Below are positions 15,640 to 17,401 of a stretch of DNA of 17,401 bases, piece by piece. Location: contig CAZZDL010000017.1 in assembly GCA_964652335.1 (NCBI GenBank), forward strand, positions 1 through 17,401, in the 5' to 3' direction. The translations under genes were made by a program, and so were the position numbers. Numbering within the stretch: position 1 is the first letter of the stretch; the number at the start of each line of letters is the position of its first letter. The notes beneath the pieces are model-generated. The model was given only the letters and a program-made list of their open reading frames with translations, had not been told where the DNA came from and ran no database searches. This stretch comes from Candidatus Micrarchaeota archaeon (GTDB taxonomy: Archaea; B1Sed10-29; WALL01; WAMD01).

Positions 15640-15905
15640 TGAATCCCAATTTTAAAGCAGAGTTTGACGAGGACTGGCTCAAATTCTGGAAGAAAGTTCC
15701 TCATAATATGAAACTGCGGATAAAACGAAAAATAGACAAAATAATATCAAACCCAAAAGGCAGACATCTTAGACATGGTTTAGATTTTTTTGTGGCAGAG
15801 GTTGGACAATACAGAATAGTTTACAGAATATTTGAGAATGACAGGAAAGTAAGGTTTTATTTTGTTGGTAAACACAAAGAATATGAAAAATGGTATTCTT
15901 CGTAG
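15639..15905 (+). CDS. relE: RelE/ParE-superfamily type II toxin
   Basis: Small basic protein with IKRKIDKIISNP...HL....FFVAEVGQYRIVYRI......VRFYFVGKH. TGATG coupling with the antitoxin; an alternative GTG start lies at 15636. Confidence 0.85.
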   Translation: MNPNFKAEFDEDWLKFWKKVPHNMKLRIKRKIDKIISNPKGRHLRHGLDFFVAEVGQYRIVYRIFENDRKVRFYFVGKHKEYEKWYSS

Positions 15906-16292
15906 TTACTCAAGAAGGTGGTGGTCCTTCGGGCTCCATGGTTTTCTAGTTATCACTAAAATCTTAAATCCTTTCTTGCTAAACGCTTTATGTGGAGTCC
16001 CAGGAGGGATATGTAAGAAATCCCCTTTATTTAGTTCAATGATTTGATCTCCAACTCTAACCTTACCCTTTCCTTCGGCTACATAGTAGTATTCATTCAT
16101 CTTTTTGTGATAATGAAGCTTAGCCTCCCTTACATCTGCCTCTGCTACGCCTATTTTCCCATCAGAAAAAATCTCTCTTATTACTTCCCCTGGAGGTGTT
16201 ACTACATTGCCCTCATGGGCTCTAACAACCGTCGGTCTCTTCTTTCCTCTGGTCCTGCCTTTAAGCCAACTAGCTATTCTTTTAACTGGCAT
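15906..16292 (-). CDS. Cupin-domain protein with a basic N-terminal extension
   Basis: Cupin motifs LHYHKKMNEYYYVAEGKG and GDFLHIPPGTPH. BRE/TATA GGAAAAGA-TTTATATT lies about 20 nt upstream, suggesting a leaderless transcript. Confidence 0.9.
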   Translation of the reverse strand: MPVKRIASWLKGRTRGKKRPTVVRAHEGNVVTPPGEVIREIFSDGKIGVAEADVREAKLHYHKKMNEYYYVAEGKGKVRVGDQIIELNKGDFLHIPPGTPHKAFSKKGFKILVITRKPWSPKDHHLLE

Positions 16293-16397
16293 ACAATAGA
16301 TTGTGGGCTCAAAATATAAATCTTTTCCTTTTGGGCAAATATTATAAACTAGTTTTTACAGAAAATCTCCCTGCGGAGATCTGTCGGAGGGGATGGC

Positions 16398-16604
16398 ATG
16401 GCAGGAGTTAGTAGGTACAATCTCATTCTTTCTCTCATGAAGAGGGTTGAAGACAATCATCACTATGTCTCTCTTCCTGAACTAACTGAAATGGCAAAGA
16501 AAGAAGGAATAAACCCAGAGCTGGTTAGGAGCTATCTAGAAAAACTAAGAAGAATTGGGTCCATCTACTCCCCTAGACCAGGATTTTTTAAGATAGCAGA
16601 GTAG
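16398..16604 (+). CDS. Small stand-alone winged-helix protein resembling the archaeal MCM/RPA C-terminal WH domain
   Basis: VSLPELTEMAKKEGINPELVRSYLEKLRRIGSIYSPRPGFFK; GGAGGGG RBS at 16386-16392. Confidence 0.75.
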   Translation: MAGVSRYNLILSLMKRVEDNHHYVSLPELTEMAKKEGINPELVRSYLEKLRRIGSIYSPRPGFFKIAE

Positions 16605-17270
16605 CTATATGTCTATCCTAGTTATGCCAAACCTATCAAATTCATCTCTTATTCTCTCCTTTATCCTTTCAGACATATCTAGTAAAGGAAGGAGGTATCT
16701 CGCATTACTCATCGGATAGTAAGGAATCCCCATGTCTAAAAGTAATTGACTTACATGTTTCCCATCATCCCTTTTTTCATCTCTGTCTGTAAGGACTATA
16801 ATTGCCGATATGTCTGTTCCCGCTTCTTGTAACTTTTTTACATTCTCAAGCAAAGAACTTCCTGTAGTTATAACGTCTTCTATTATAACGACTTTTCCTC
16901 TAGGGAAACCTAGAAAATACCTGTCTCTAGCCATCCCATGATCTTTTGGCTTCCCTCTTCCCATGGCTAGAGTATAGCTTCCTTTCCCAAAATTGGCCTG
17001 GCTCTTTGCATACTTGTATTGAGTTATTATTCCCAGTTTTGTCGCCCCCTCTGGGACTCCGTAAAATGTATCCACTGGTATTTCCTTGTCTTTCACAAAG
17101 TCCAAAACAAAATCACTAAGCTTATCCAAGAGGTACACATCTTCTGCTATCTTTCTCCAATTCACATACCAGCTTGACAATCTCCCTGATTTTAACTTTA
17201 TTGGCTCCTCATAGAAGCCAATAACCTTATTTTCAATAATAAACTTGTTAAATGCCTCCTGATCAAACAT
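16605..17270 (-). CDS. pyrE: Orotate phosphoribosyltransferase
   Basis: LKSGRLSSWYVN, RGKPKDHG and PRPP-binding motif VVIIEDVITTGSS; AGGTG RBS at 17276-17280. Confidence 0.88.
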   Translation of the reverse strand: MFDQEAFNKFIIENKVIGFYEEPIKLKSGRLSSWYVNWRKIAEDVYLLDKLSDFVLDFVKDKEIPVDTFYGVPEGATKLGIITQYKYAKSQANFGKGSYTLAMGRGKPKDHGMARDRYFLGFPRGKVVIIEDVITTGSSLLENVKKLQEAGTDISAIIVLTDRDEKRDDGKHVSQLLLDMGIPYYPMSNARYLLPLLDMSERIKERIRDEFDRFGITRIDI

Positions 17271-17401
17271 TTAAACACCTTTTGGATTGTTATATGAAAA
17301 TAAGGTAAAACACTATTTAAAACCTATTAATTGGGGGTGTGTTATTGGGGTTGTTTACGGGTTTAAAATCCTGGCACCTGTTCATAACTAGTCAAATCCA
17401 A

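Noticed and set aside
4286..16607. Frequent TAG stops suggesting amber recoding
   Set aside because: Recognisable proteins end at their expected lengths, and read-through would run into convergent genes.
17325..17401. Possible gene fragment at the right edge (minus-strand ...LDLTSYEQVPGF* ending 17363, or plus-strand TTG start at 17345)
   Set aside because: Too short and ambiguous to call without flanking sequence.
1..17401. CRISPR array, tRNA/rRNA genes, transposase, integrase or reverse transcriptase
   Set aside because: No regularly spaced repeats, cloverleaf or rRNA-like segments, or such protein motifs were seen. The 26-bp repeat has only two copies 1.1 kb apart.

Overview
Gene-dense, AT-rich archaeal chromosomal segment. 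It shows TATA/BRE promoters, GGTGA/GAGGTG-type ribosome-binding sites, many apparently leaderless genes and convergent genes that abut or share stop codons. Gene content suggests a DPANN-like, possibly thermophilic lineage, but this is inference. Left to right: a secreted, phage-tail-fibre-like adhesin missed by the ORF track (930..<1, minus); a large membrane-anchored surface glycoprotein; an unannotated dual-guide box C/D sRNA (3226-3278, minus) whose guides match tRNA-Met(CAU) C34 and 23S rRNA helix 69 C1920; a COG2150-type regulator divergent from a SufT/DUF59 protein; a hypothetical protein; geranylgeranyl reductase and phosphomannomutase, divergent from an operon of an RHH-fused degenerate nucleotidyltransferase, a GT4 glycosyltransferase and an NDP-sugar synthase; an MTA/SAH-type deaminase; an orphan ~32-aa helical-repeat (mTERF-reminiscent) gene bracketed by a perfect 26-bp direct repeat that duplicates the deaminase 5' end; an M18 aminopeptidase; class II LysRS; an RHH/RelE toxin-antitoxin pair; a cupin; a small winged-helix protein; and pyrE. 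The most notable signals are the C/D sRNA, the repeat-flanked orphan gene insertion, the tail-fibre-like adhesin and the RHH-pseudoenzyme regulator with candidate operators. All family assignments come from motif recognition; no searches were run.
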